NCBI GenBank assembly: GCA_977018835.1
Contig: OZ361257.1
Coordinates: forward strand, 4,588,001-4,652,000
Length of the DNA stretch: 64,000 nucleotides
Source of the DNA: Minutocellus sp. GHC0000111
Lineage: Eukaryota
Direction: 5' to 3'
The position numbers and the translations under genes were made by a program. The notes beneath the pieces were generated by a model. The model was not told where the DNA came from. It made no database searches and saw only the letters and a program-made list of their open reading frames with translations. This document shows positions 25,801 to 39,650 of this stretch, piece by piece; position 1 is the stretch's first letter; the number at the start of each line of letters is the position of its first letter.

Positions 25801-28800
25801 GTTAGGAGCGACCCCTAGCTTTCCCAACGCTGCTGAAGACACCCACACCACCCACAAAGATGCGTGCTTTGGCTGCAGTGCAATCACAGGACACTGCTCA
25901 CCACATGCATTCCTTGCTGCTCTCACATGGCAATGAATGGAACATAAGCTTTGGTAGAGATCAGGGTGCTCCTATGGTCAAATGTGAGTTGCCCCAGTTA
26001 GGAGCGCCCTAGTTGTCCCAACGCTTCTGCTGGCGATGCCCACGCCACCCACGAAGATGAGTGCTTTGGCTGCAGTGCAATCACAGGACACTGCTCACCA
26101 CATGCATTTCTTGCTGCTCTCACATGGCAATGAATGGAACATAAGCTTCCTGGCGACGCCAACACCACCCACAAAGATGAGTGCTTTGGCTGCAGTGCAA
26201 TCACTGGACACTGCTCACCACATGCATTCCTTGCTGCTCTCACATGGCAATGAATGGAACACAAGCTTTGGTAGAGATCAGGGTAATCCTGTGGTCAAAC
26301 ATGGGTTGCTCCAGCAAGCAGCGCCCTGATTTTCCCAACGCTGCTGGCGACGCCCACACCACCCACAAAGATGCGTGCTTTGGCTGCAGTGCAACCACAG
26401 GACACTGCTCACCACATGCATTCCTTGCTGCTCTCACATGGCAATGAATGGAACATAAGCTTTGGTAGATATCAGGGTGCTGCTATGGTCAAATGTGAGT
26501 TGCTCCAGTTAGGAGCGCCCTAGCTTTCCCAACGCTGCTGGTGACGCCCACACCACCCACAAAGATGCGTGCTTTGGCTGCAGTGCAATCACTGGACACT
26601 GCTCACCACATGCATTCGTTGCTGCTCTCACATGGCAATGAATGGAACATAAGCTTTGGTAGAGATCAGGGTGCTGCTATTGTCAAATGTGAGTTGCTCC
26701 GGTTAGGAGCGCCCTAGCTTTCCCAACGCTGCTGGCGACACCCACACCACCCACAAAGATGCGTGCTTTGGCTGCAGTGCAATCACAGGACACTGCTCAC
26801 CACATGCATTTCTTGCTGCTCTCACATGGCAATGAATGGAACATAAGCTTTGGTAGAGATCAGGTTGCTGCTATTGTCAAATGTGAGTTGCTCCGGTTAG
26901 GAGCGCCCTAGTTGTCCCAACGCTGCTGCTGGCGATGCCCACGCCACCCACAAAGATGAGTGCTTTGGCTGCAGTGCAATCACAGGACACTGCTCACCAC
27001 ATGCATTTCTTGCTGCTCTCACATGGCAATGAATGGAACATAAGCTTTGGTAGAGATCAGGGCACTCCTATGGTCAAACATGAGTTGCTCCAGTTAGGAG
27101 CGCCCTAGTTTTCCCAACGCTGCTGGCGACGCCCACACCACCCACAAAGATGCGTGCTCTGGCTGCAGTGCATCCACAGGACACTGCTCACCACATGCAT
27201 TCCTTGCTGCTCTCACATGGCAATGAATGGAACATAAGCTTTGGTAGAGATCAGGGTGCTGCTATGGTCAAATATGAGTTGCTCCAGTAAGGAGCGCCCT
27301 GCTTTTCCCAACGCTGCTGGCGACGCCCACACCACCCACAAAGATGAGTGCTTTGGCTGCAGTGCAATCACAGGACACTGCTCACCACATGCATTCCTTG
27401 CTGCTCTCACATGGCAATGAATGGAACATAAGCTTTGGTAGAGATCAGGGTGCTGCTATGGTCAAACATGAATTGCTCCAGTTAGGAGCGCAATAGTTTT
27501 CCCAACGATGCTGGCGACGCCCACACCACCCACAAAGATGAGTGCTTTGGCTGCAGTGCAATCACAGATTACTGCTCACCACATGCATTCCTTGCTGCTC
27601 TCACATGGCAATGAATGGAACATAAGCTTTGGTAGAGATCAGGGTGCTCCTATGGTCAAATGTGAGTTGATCCAGTTAGGACAGCCCTAACTTTCCCAAC
27701 GCTGCTGGTGACGCCCACACCACCCACAAATATGCGTGCTTTGGCTGCAGTGCAATCACAGGACACTGCTCACCACATGCATTCCTTGCTGCTCTCACAT
27801 CGCAATGAATGGAACATAAGCTTTGGTAGAGATCAGGGTGCTGCTATGGTCAAATGTGAGTTGCTCCAGTTTGGAGAGCACTGATTTTCCCAACGCTGCT
27901 TGCTGGCGACTCCCCAACAACCCACAAAGATGAGTGCTTTGGCTGCAGTGCAATCACAGGACACTGCTCACCACATGCATTCCTTGCTGCTCTCACATGG
28001 CAATGAATGGAACATAAGCTTTGGTAGAGATCAGGGTGCTCCTATGGTCAAATGTGAGTTGCTCCAGTTAGGACAGCCCTAACTTTCCCAACGCTGCTGG
28101 CGACGCCCACACCACCCACAAATATGAGTGCTTTGGCTGCAGTGCAATCACAGGACACTGCTCACCACATGCATTCCTTGCTGCTCTCACATGGCAATGA
28201 ATGGAACATAAGCTTTGGAAGAGATCAGGGTGCTGCTATGGTCAAACATGAATTGCTCCAGTTAGGAGCGCCCTAGATAGTTTGTCCAACGCTGCTGGCG
28301 ACGCCCCCACCACCCACAAAGATGAGTGCTTTGGCTGCAGTGCAATCACAGGACACTGCTCAACACATGCATTCCTTGCTGCTCTCACATGGCAATTAAT
28401 GGAACATAAGCTTTGGTAGAGATCAGGGTGCTTCTATGGTCAAATGTGAGTTGCTCCAGTTAGGAGCGCCCTGGCTTTCCCAACGCTGCTGGCGACGCCC
28501 ACACCACCCACAAAGATGCGTGCTTTGGCTGCAGTGCAATCACTGGACACTGCTCACCACATGCATTCCTTGCTGCTCTCACATGGCAATGAATGGAACA
28601 TAAGCTTTGGTAGATATCAGGGTGCTCCTATGGTCAAATGTGAGTTGCTCTAGTTAGGAGCGCCCTGCTTTTCCCAACGCTGCTGGCGACGCCCACACCA
28701 CCCACAAAGATGAGTGCTTTGGCTGCAGTGCAATCACAGGACACTGCTCACCACATGCATTCCTTGCTGCTCTCACATGGCAATGAATGGAACATAAGCT

Positions 28801-31800
28801 TTGGTAGAGATCAGGGTGCTGCTATGGTCAAACATGAATTGCTCCAGTTAGGAGCGCAATAGTTTTCCCAACGATGCTGGCGACGCCCACACCACCCACA
28901 AAGATGAGTGCTTTGGCTGCAGTGCAATCACAGGACACTGCTCACCACATGCATTCCTTGCTGCTCTCACATGGCAATGAATTGAACATAAGCTTTGGTA
29001 GAGATCAGGGTGCTCCTATGGTCAAACATGAATTGCTCCAGTTAGGAGCGCCCTAGATAGTTTGTCCAACGCTGCTGGCGACGCCCCCACCACCCACAAA
29101 GATGAGTGCTTTGGCTGCAGTGCAATCACAGGACACTGCTCAACACATGCATTCGTTGCTGCTCTCACATGGCAATGAATGGAACATAAGCTTTGGAAGA
29201 GATCAGGGTGCTGCTATGGTCAAACATGAATTGCTCCAGTTAGGAGCGCCCAAGATAGTTTGTCCAACGCTGCTGGCGACGCCCCCACCACCCACAAAGA
29301 TGAGTGCTTTGGCTGCAGTGCAATCACAGGACACTGCTCAACACATGCATTCCTTGCTGCTCTCACATGGCAATGAATGGAACATAAGCTTTGGTAGAGA
29401 TCAGGGTGCTCCTATGGTCAAATGTGAGTTGATCCAGTTAGGACAGCCCTAACTTTCCCAACGCTGCTGGCGACGCCCACACCACCCACAAAGATGCGTG
29501 CTTTGGCTGCAGTGCAATCACAGGACACTGCTCACCACATGCATTCCTTGCTGCTCTCACATGGCAATGAATGGAACATAAGCTTTGGTAGAGATCAGGG
29601 TGCTGCCATGGTCAAATATGAGTTGCTCCAGTTAGGAGCGCCCTAGCTTTCCCAACGCTGCTGGCGACGCCCACACCACCCACAAAGATGCGTGCTTTGG
29701 CTGCAGTGCAATCACTGGACACTGCTCACCACATGCATTCGTTGCTGCTCTCACATGGCAATGAATGGAACACAAGCTTTGGTAGAGATAAGGGTGCTCC
29801 TGTGGTCAAACATGGGTTGCTCCAGCAAGCAGCGCCCTGATTTTCCCAACGCTGCTGGCGACGCCCACACCACCCACAAAGATGAGTGCTTTGGCTGCAG
29901 TGCAATCACAGGACACTGCTCACCACATGCATTCCTTGCTGCTCTCACATGGCAATGAATGGAACACAAGCTTTGGTAGAGATCAGGGTGCTCCTATGGT
30001 CAAATGTGAATTGCCCCAGTTAGGAGCGCCCTAGTTGTCCAAACGCTTCTGCTGGCGATGCCCACGCCACCCAAAAAGATGAGTGCTTTGGCTGCAGTGC
30101 AATCACAGGACACTGCTCACCACATGCATTTCTTGCTGCTCTCACATGGCAATGAATGGAACATAAGCTTTGGTAGAGATCAGGGTGCTCCTATGGTCAA
30201 ATGTGAGTTGATCCAGTTAGGACAGCCCTAACTTTCCCAACGCTGCTGGCGACGCCCACACCACCCACAAAGATGCGTGCTTTGGCTGCAGTGCAATCAC
30301 AGGACACTGCTCACCACATGCATTCCTTGCTGCTCTCACATGGCAATGAATGGAACATAAGCTTTGGTAGAGATCAGGGTGCTCCTATTGTCAAATGTGA
30401 GTTGCTCCAGTTAGGAGCGACCCCTAGCTTTCCCAACGCTGCTGAAGACACCCACACCACCCACAAAGATGCGTGCTTTGGCTGCAGTGCAATCACAGGA
30501 CACTGCTCACCACATGCATTCCTTGCTGCTCTCACATGGCAATGAATGGAACATAAGCTTTGGTAGAGATCAGGGTGCTCCTATGGTCAAATGTGAGTTG
30601 CCCCAGTTAGGAGCGCCCTAGTTGTCCCAACGCTTCTGCTGGCGATGCCCACGCCACCCACGAAGATGAGTGCTTTGGCTGCAGTGCAATCACAGGACAC
30701 TGCTCACCACATGCATTCCTTGCTGCTCTCACATGGCAATGAATGGAACATAAGCTTCCTGGCGACGCCAACACCACCCACAAAGATGCGTGCTTTGGCT
30801 GCAGTGCAATCACTGGACACTGCTCACCACATGCATTCCTTGCTGCTCTCACATGGCAATGAATGGAACACAAGCTTTGGTAGAGATCAGGGTGCTCCTG
30901 TGGTCAAACATGGGTTGCTCCAGCAAGCAGCGCCCTGATTTTCCCAACGCTGCTGGCGACGCCCACACCACCCACAAAGATGCGTGCTTTGGCTGCAGTG
31001 CAACCACAGGACACTGCTCACCACATGCATTCCTTGCTGCTCTCACATGGCAATGAATGGAACATAAGCTTTGGTAGATATCAGGGTGCTCCTATGGTCA
31101 AATGTGAGTTGCTCCAGTTAGGAGCGCCCTAGCTTTCCCAACGCTGCTGGTGACGCCCACACCACCCACAAAGATGCGTGCTTTGGCTGCAGTGCAATCA
31201 CTGGACACTGCTCACCACATGCATTCCTTGCTGCTCTCACATGGCAATGAATGGAACATAAGCTTTGGTAGAGATCAGGGTGCTGCTATTGTCAAATGTG
31301 AGTTGCTCCGGTTAGGAGCGCCCTAGCTTTCCCAACGCTGCTGGCGACACCCACACCACCCACAAAGATGCGTGCTTTGGCTGCAGTGCAATCACAGGAC
31401 ACTGCTCACCACATGCATTTCTTGCTGCTCTCACATGGCAATGAATGGAACATAAGCTTTGGTAGAGATCAGGTTGCTGCTATTGTCAAATGTGAGTTGC
31501 TCCGGTTAGGAGCGCCCTAGTTGTCCCAACGCTGCTGCTGGCGATGCCCACGCCACCCACAAAGATGAGTGCTTTGGCTGCAGTGCAATCACAGGACACT
31601 GCTCACCACATGCATTTCTTGCTGCTCTCACATGGCAATGAATGGAACATAAGCTTTGGTAGAGATCAGGGCACTCCTATGGTCAAACATGAGTTGCTCC
31701 AGTTAGGAGCGCCCTAGTTTTCCCAACGCTGCTGGCGACGCCCACACCACCCACAAAGATGCGTGCTCTGGCTGCAGTGCAACCACAGGACACTGCTCAC

Positions 31801-34800
31801 CACGTGCATTCCTTGCTGCTCTCACATGGCAATGAATGGAACATAAGCTTTGGTAGAGATCAGGGTGCTGCTATGGTCAAATATGAGTTGCTCCAGTAAG
31901 GAGCGCCCTGCTTTTCCCAACGCTGCTGGCGACGCCCACACCACCCACAAAGATGAGTGCTTTGGCTGCAGTGCAATCACTGGACACTGCTCACCACATG
32001 CATTCCTTGCTGCTCTCACATGGCAATGAATGGAACATAAGCTTTGGTAGAGATCAGGGTGCTGCTATGGTCAAACATGAATTGCTCCAGTTAGGAGCGC
32101 AATAGTTTTCCCAACGATGCTGGCGACGCCCACACCACCCACAAAGATGCGTGCTTTGGCTGCAGTGCAATCACAGGACACTGCTTACCACATGCATTCC
32201 TTGCTGCTCTCACATGGCAATGAATGGAACATAAGCTTTGGTAGAGATCAGGGTGCTCCTATGGTCAAATGTGAGTTGATCCAGTTAGGACAGCCCTAAC
32301 TTTCCCAACGCTGCTGGCGACGCCCACACCACCCACAAAGATGCGTGCTTTGGCTGCAGTGCAATCACAGGACACTGCTCACCACATGCATTCCTTGCTG
32401 CTCTCACATGGCAATGAATGGAACATAAGCTTTGGTAGAGATCAGGGTGCTCCTATGGTCAAATGTGAGTTGCTCCAGTTAGGAGCGCCCTGGCTTTCCC
32501 AACGCTGCTGGCGACGCCCACACCACCCACAAAGATGCGTGCTTTGGCTGCAGTGCAATCACAGGACACTGCTCACCACATGCATTCCTTGCTGCTCTCA
32601 CATGGCAATGAATGGAACATAAGCTTTGGAAGAGATCAGGGTGCTGCTATGGTCAAACATGAATTGCTCCAGTTAGGAGCGCCCTAGATAGTTTGTCCAA
32701 CGCTGCTGGCGACGCCCCCACCACCCACAAAGATGAGTGCTTTGGCTGCAGTGCAATCACAGGACACTGCTCAACACATGCATTCCTTGCTGCTCTCACA
32801 TGGCAATTAATGGAACATAAGCTTTGGTAGAGATCAGGGTGCTTCTATGGTCAAATGTGAGTTGCTCCAGTTAGGAGCGCCCTGGCTTTCCCAACGCTGC
32901 TGGCGACGCCCACACCACCCACAAAGATGAGTGCTTTGGCTGCAGTGCAATCACTGGACACTGCTCACCACATGCATTCCTTGCTGCTCTCACATGGCAA
33001 TGAATGGAACATAAGCTTTGGTAGATATCAGGGTGCTCCTATGGTCAAATGTGAGTTGCTCTAGTTAGGAGCGCCCTGCTTTTCCCAACGCTGCTGGCGA
33101 CGCCCACACCACCCACAAAGATGAGTGCTTTGGCTGCAGTGCAATCACAGGACACTGCTCACCACATGCATTCCTTGCTGCTCTCACATGGCAATGAATG
33201 GAACATAAGCTTTGGAAGAGATCAGGGTGCTGCTATGGTCAAACATGAATTGCTCCAGTTAGGAGCGCCCTAGATAGTTTGTCCAACGCTGCTGGCGACG
33301 CCCCCACCACCCACAAAGATGAGTGCTTTGGCTGCAGTGCAATCACAGGACACTGCTCAACACATGCATTCGTTGCTGCTCTCACATGGCAATGAATGGA
33401 ACATAAGCTTTGGAAGAGATCAGGGTGCTGCTATGGTCAAACATGAATTGCTCCAGTTAGGAGCGCCCAAGATAGTTTGTCCAACGCTGCTGGCGACGCC
33501 CCCACCACCCACAAAGATGAGTGCTTTGGCTGCAGTGCAATCACAGGACACTGCTCAACACATGCATTCCTTGCTGCTCTCACATGGCAATGAATGGAAC
33601 ATAAGCTTTGGTAGAGATCAGGGTGCTCCTATGGTCAAATGTGAGTTGATCCAGTTAGGACAGCCCTAACTTTCCCAACGCTGCTGGCGACGCCCACACC
33701 ACCCACAAAGATGCGTGCTTTGGCTGCAGTGCAATCACAGGACACTGCTCACCACATGCATTCCTTGCTGCTCTCACATGGCAATGAATGGAACATAAGC
33801 TTTGGTAGAGATCAGGGTGCTGCCATGGTCAAATATGAGTTGCTCCAGTTAGGAGCGCCCTAGCTTTCCCAACGCTGCTGGCGACGCCCACACCACCCAC
33901 AAAGATGCGTGCTTTGGCTGCAGTGCAATCACTGGACACTGCTCACCACATGCATTCGTTGCTGCTCTCACATGGCAATGAATGGAACACAAGCTTTGGT
34001 AGAGATAAGGGTGCTCCTGTGGTCAAACATGGGTTGCTCCAGCAAGCAGCGCCCTGATTTTCCCAACGCTGCTGGCGACGCCCACACCACCCACAAAGAT
34101 GAGTGCTTTGGCTGCAGTGCAATCACTGGACACTGCTCACCACATGCATTCCTTGCTGCTCTCACATGGCAATGAATGGAACATAAGCTTTGGTAGATAT
34201 CAGGGTGCTCCTATGGTCAAATGTGAGTTGCTCTAGTTAGGAGCGCCCTGCTTTTCCCAACGCTGCTGGCGACGCCCACACCACCCACAAAGATGAGTGC
34301 TTTGGCTGCAGTGCAATCACAGGACACTGCTCACCACATGCATTCGTTGCTGCTCTCACATGGCAATGAATGGAACATAAGCTTTGGAAGAGATCAGGGT
34401 GCTGCTATGGTCAAACATGAATTGCTCCAGTTAGGAGCGCCCTAGATAGTTTGTCCAACGCTGCTGGCGACGCCCCCACCACCCACAAAGATGAGTGCTT
34501 TGGCTGCAGTGCAATCACAGGACACTGCTCAACACATGCATTCCTTGCTGCTCTCACATGGCAATGAATGGAACATAAGCTTTGGTAGATATCAGGGTGC
34601 TCCTATGGTCAAATGTGAGTTGCTCTAGTTAGGAGCGCCCTGCTTTTCCCAACGCTGCTGGCGACGCCCACACCACCCACAAAGATGAGTGCTTTGGCTG
34701 CAGTGCAATCACAGGACACTGCTCACCACATGCATTCCTTGCTGCTCTCACATGGCAATGAATGGAACATAAGCTTTGGTAGAGATCAGGGTGCTGCTAT

Positions 34801-37800
34801 GGTCAAACATGAATTGCTCCAGTTAGGAGCGCAATAGTTTTCCCAACGATGCTGGCGACGCCCACACCACCCACAAAGATGAGTGCTTTGGCTGCAGTGC
34901 AATCACAGGACACTGCTCACCACATGCATTCCTTGCTGCTCTCACATGGCAATGAATGGAACATAAGCTTTGGTAGAGATCAGGGTGCTGCTATGGTCAA
35001 ACATGAATTGCTCCAGTTAGGAGCGCCCTAGATAGTTTGTCCAACGCTGCTGGCGACGCCCCCACCACCCACAAAGATGAGTGCTTTGGCTGCAGTGCAA
35101 TCACAGGACACTGCTCAACACATGCATTCGTTGCTGATCTCACATGGCAATGAATGGAACATAAGCTTTGGAAGAGATCAGGGTGCTGCTATGGTCAAAC
35201 ATGAATTGCTCCAGTTAGGAGCGCCCTAGATAGTTTGTCCAACGCTGCTGGCGACGCCCACACCACCCACAAAGATGAGTGCTTTGGCTGCAGTGCAATC
35301 ACAGGACACTGCTCAACACATGCATTCCTTGCTGCTCTCACATGGCAATGAATGGAACATAAGCTTTGGTAGAGATCAGGGTGCTCCTATGGTCAAATGT
35401 GAGTTGATCCAGTTAGGACAGCCCTAACTTTCCCAACGCTGCTGGCGACGCGCACACCACCCACAAAGATGCGTGCTTTGGCTGCAGTGCAATCACAGGA
35501 CACTGCTCACCACATGCATTCCTTGCTGCTCTCACATGGCAATGAATGGAACATAAGCTTTGGTAGAGATCAGGGTGCTTCTATGGTCAAATGTGAGTTG
35601 CTCCAGTTAGGAGCGCCCTGGCTTTCCCAACGCTGCTGGCGACGCCCACACCACCCACAAAGATGCGTGCTTTGGCTGCAGTGCAATCACTGGACACTGC
35701 TCACCACATGCATTCCTTGCTGCTCTCACATGGCAATGAATGGAACATAAGCTTTGGTAGAGATCAGGGTGCTGCCATGGTCAAATATGAGTTGCTCCAG
35801 TTAGGAGCGCCCTAGCTTTCCCAACGCTGCTGGCGACGCCCACACCACCCACAAAGATGCGTGCTTTGGCTGCAGTGCAATCACTGGACACTGCTCACCA
35901 CATGCATTCGTTGCTGCTCTCACATGGCAATGAATGGAACACAAGCTTTGGTAGAGATAAGGGTGCTCCTGTGGTCAAACATGGGTTGCTCCAGCAAGCA
36001 GCGCCCTGATTTTCCCAACGCTGCTGGCGACGCCCACACCACCCACAAAGATGAGTGCTTTGGCTGCAGTGCAATCACTGGACACTGCTCACCACATGCA
36101 TTCCTTGCTGCTCTCACATGGCAATGAATGGAACATAAGCTTTGGTAGATATCAGGGTGCTCCTATGGTCAAATGTGAGTTGCTCTAGTTAGGAGCGCCC
36201 TAGCTTTCCCAACGCTGCTGGTGACGCCCACACCACCCACAAAGATGAGTGCTTTGGCTGCAGTGCAATCACAAGACACTGCTCACCACATGCATTCCTT
36301 GCTGCTCTCACATGGCAATGAATGGAACATAAGCTTTGGTAGAGATCAGGGTGCTGCTATGGTCAAATGTGAGTTGCTCCGGTTAGGAGCGCCCTAGCTT
36401 TCCCAACGCTGCTGGCGACGCCCACACCACCCACAAAGATGAGTGCTTTGGCCGAAGTACAATCACTGGACACTGCTCACCACATGCATTCCTTGCTGCT
36501 CTCACATGGCAATGAATGGAACAGAAGCTTTGGTAGAGATCAGGGTGCTGCCATGGTCAAATATGAGTTGCTCCAGTTAGGACAGCCCTAACTTCCCCAA
36601 CGCTGCTGGCGACACCCACACCACCCACAAAGATGCGTGCTTTGGCTGCAGTGCAATCACAGGACACTGCTCACCACATGCATTCCTTGCTGCTCTCACA
36701 TGGCAATTAATGGAACGTAAGCTTTGGTAGAGATCAGGGTGCTCCTATGGTCAAATGTGAGTTGCTCCAGTTAGGAGCGCCATGGCTTTCCCAACGCTGC
36801 TGGCGACGCCCCCACCACCCACAAAGATGAGTGCTTTGGCTGCGGTGCAATCACTGGACACTGCTCACCACATGCATTCCTTGCTGCTCTCACATGGCAA
36901 TGAACGGAACATAAGCTTTGGTAGAGATCAGGGTGCTCCTAAGGTCAAATGTGAGTTGCTCCAGTTAGGAGCGCCCTGATTTTCCCAACGCTGCTGGCGA
37001 CGCCCACACCACCCACAAAGATGAGTGCTTTGGCTGCAGTGCAATCACAGGACACTGCTCACCACATGCATTCCTTGCTGCTCTCACATGGCAATGAATG
37101 GAACACAAGCTTTGGTAGAGATCAGGGTGCTCCTATGGTCAAATGTGAGTTGCCCCAGTTAGGAGCGCCCTAGTTGTCCCAACGCTTCTGCTGGCGATGC
37201 CCACGCCATCCAAAAAGATGAGTGCTTTGGCTGCAGTGCAATCACAGGACACTGCTCACCACATGCATTTCTTGCTGCTCTCACATGGCAATGAATGGAG
37301 CATAAGCTTTGGTAGAGATCAGGGCACTCCTATGGTCAAACATGAGTTGCTCCAGTTAGGAGCGCCCTAGTTTTCCCAACGCTGCTGGCGACACCCACAC
37401 CACCCACAAAGATGCGTGCTTTGGCTGCAGTGCAATCACAGGACACTGCTCAACACATGCATTCCTTGCTGCTCTCACATGGCAATGAATGGAACATAAG
37501 CTTTGGTAGAGATCAGGGTGCTCCTATTATTGATGTTAGTTGCTCCAGTTAGGAGCGCCCTGATTTTCCCAACGCTGCTGTTGACGCCCACACCACCCAC
37601 AAAGATGAGTGCTTTGGCTGCAGTGCAATCACAGGACACTGCTCACCACATGCATTCCTTGCTGCTCTCACATGGCAATGAATGGAACACAAGCTTTGGT
37701 AGAGATCAGGGTGCTCCTGTGGTCAAACATGGGTTGCTCCAGCAAGCAGCGCCCTGATTTTCCCAACGCTGCTGGCGACACCCACACCACCCACAAAGAT

Positions 37801-39650
37801 GAGTGCTTTGGCTGCAGTGCAACCACAGGACACTGATCACCACATGCATTCCTTGCTGCTCTCACAAGGCAATGAATGGAACATAAGCTTTGGTAGAGAT
37901 CAGGGTGCTCCTATGGTCAAATGTGAGTTGATCCAGTTAGGACAGCCCTAACTTTCCCAACGCTGCTGGCGACGCCCACACCACCCACAAAGATGCGTGC
38001 TTTGGCTGCAGTGCAATCACAGGACACTGCTCACCACATGCATTCCTTGCTGCTCTCACATGGCAATGAAGGAACATAAGCTTTGGTAGAGATCAGGGTG
38101 CTCCTATGGTCAAATGTGAGTTGCTCCAGTTAGGAGCGCCCTAGCTTTCCCAACGCTGCTGGCGACACCCACACCACCCACAAAGATGCGTGCTTTGGCT
38201 GCAGTGCAATCACTGGACACTGCTCACCACATGCATTCCTTGCTGCTCTCACATGGCAATGAATGGAACATAAGCTTTGGTAGAGATCAGGGTGCTCCTA
38301 TGGTCAAATGTGAGTTGCCCCAGTTAGGAGCGCCCTAGTTGTCCCAACGCTGCTGCTGGCGACAACCACGCCAAACACAAAGATGAGTGCTTTGGCTGCA
38401 GTGCAATCACAGGACACTGCTCACCACATGCATTTCTTGCTGCTCTCACATTGTAATGAATGGAGCATAAGCTTTGGTAGAGATCAGGGTGCTCCTATGG
38501 TCAAACATGAGTTGCTCCAGTTAGGAGCGCCCTAGCTTTCCCAACGCTGCTGGTGACGCCCACATCCCCCCCACAAAGATGCGTGCTCTGGCTGCAGTGC
38601 AACCACAGGACACTGCTCACCACATGCATTCCTTGCTGCTCTCACATGGCAATGAATGGAACATAAGCTTTGGTAGAGATCAGGGTGCTGCTATGGTCAA
38701 ATATGAGTTGCTCCAGTAATTAGCGCCCTGCTTTTCCCAACGCTGCTGGCGACGCCCACACCACCCACAAAGATGAGTGCTTTGGCTGCAGTGCAATCAC
38801 AGGACACTGCTCACCACATGCATTCCTTGCTGCTCTCACATGGCAATGAATGGAACATAAGCTTTGGTAGAGATCAGGGTGCTGCTATGGTCAAACATGA
38901 ATTGCTCCAGTTAGGAGCGCCCTAGTTTTCCCAACGCTGCTGGCGACGCCCACACCACCCACAAAGATGCGTGCTTTGGCTGCAGTGCAATCACTGGACA
39001 CTGCTCACCACATGCATTCCTTTCTGCTCTCACATGGCAATGAATGGAACATAAGCTTTGGTAGAGATCAGGGTGCTGCTATGGTCAAATGTGAGTTGCT
39101 CCAGTAAGGAGCGCCCTGCTTTTCCCAACGCTGCTGGCGACGCCCACACCACCCACAAAGATGCGTGCTTTGGCTGCAGTGCAATCACAGGACACTGCTC
39201 ACCACATGCATTCCTTGCTGCTCTCACATGGCAATGAATGGAACATAAGCTTTGGTAGAGATCAGGGTGCTCCTATTATTGATGTAAGTTGCTCCAGTTA
39301 GGAGCGCCCTAGTTTTCCCAACGCTGCTGGCGACGCCCACACCACCCACAAAGATGCGTGCTTTGGCTGCAGTGCAATCACAGGACACTGCTCACCACAT
39401 GCATTCCTTGCTGCTCTCACATGGCAATGAATGGAACATAAGCTTTGGTAGAGATCAGGGTGCTCCTATTATTGATGTGAGTTGCTCCAGTTAGGAGCGC
39501 CCTAGTTTTCCCAACGCTGCTGGCGCCGCCCACACCACCCACAAAGATGCATGCCTTGGCTGCAGTGCAATCACAGGACACTGCTCACCACATGCATTCC
39601 TTGCTGCTCTCACATGGCAATGAATGGAACATAAGCTTTGGTAGAGATCA
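22800..39650. repeat. Extended heterogeneous B-type domain with internal 4.2-4.6-kb duplications; boundaries approximate
   Basis: Block B markers at offset 11,571 (11762/23333, 14465/26036). Internal offsets of 4,609 (25664/30273, 27508/32117) and 4,217 (29102/33319). A third B copy lies near 35000-37300. The cassette marker is absent. Confidence 0.8.
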
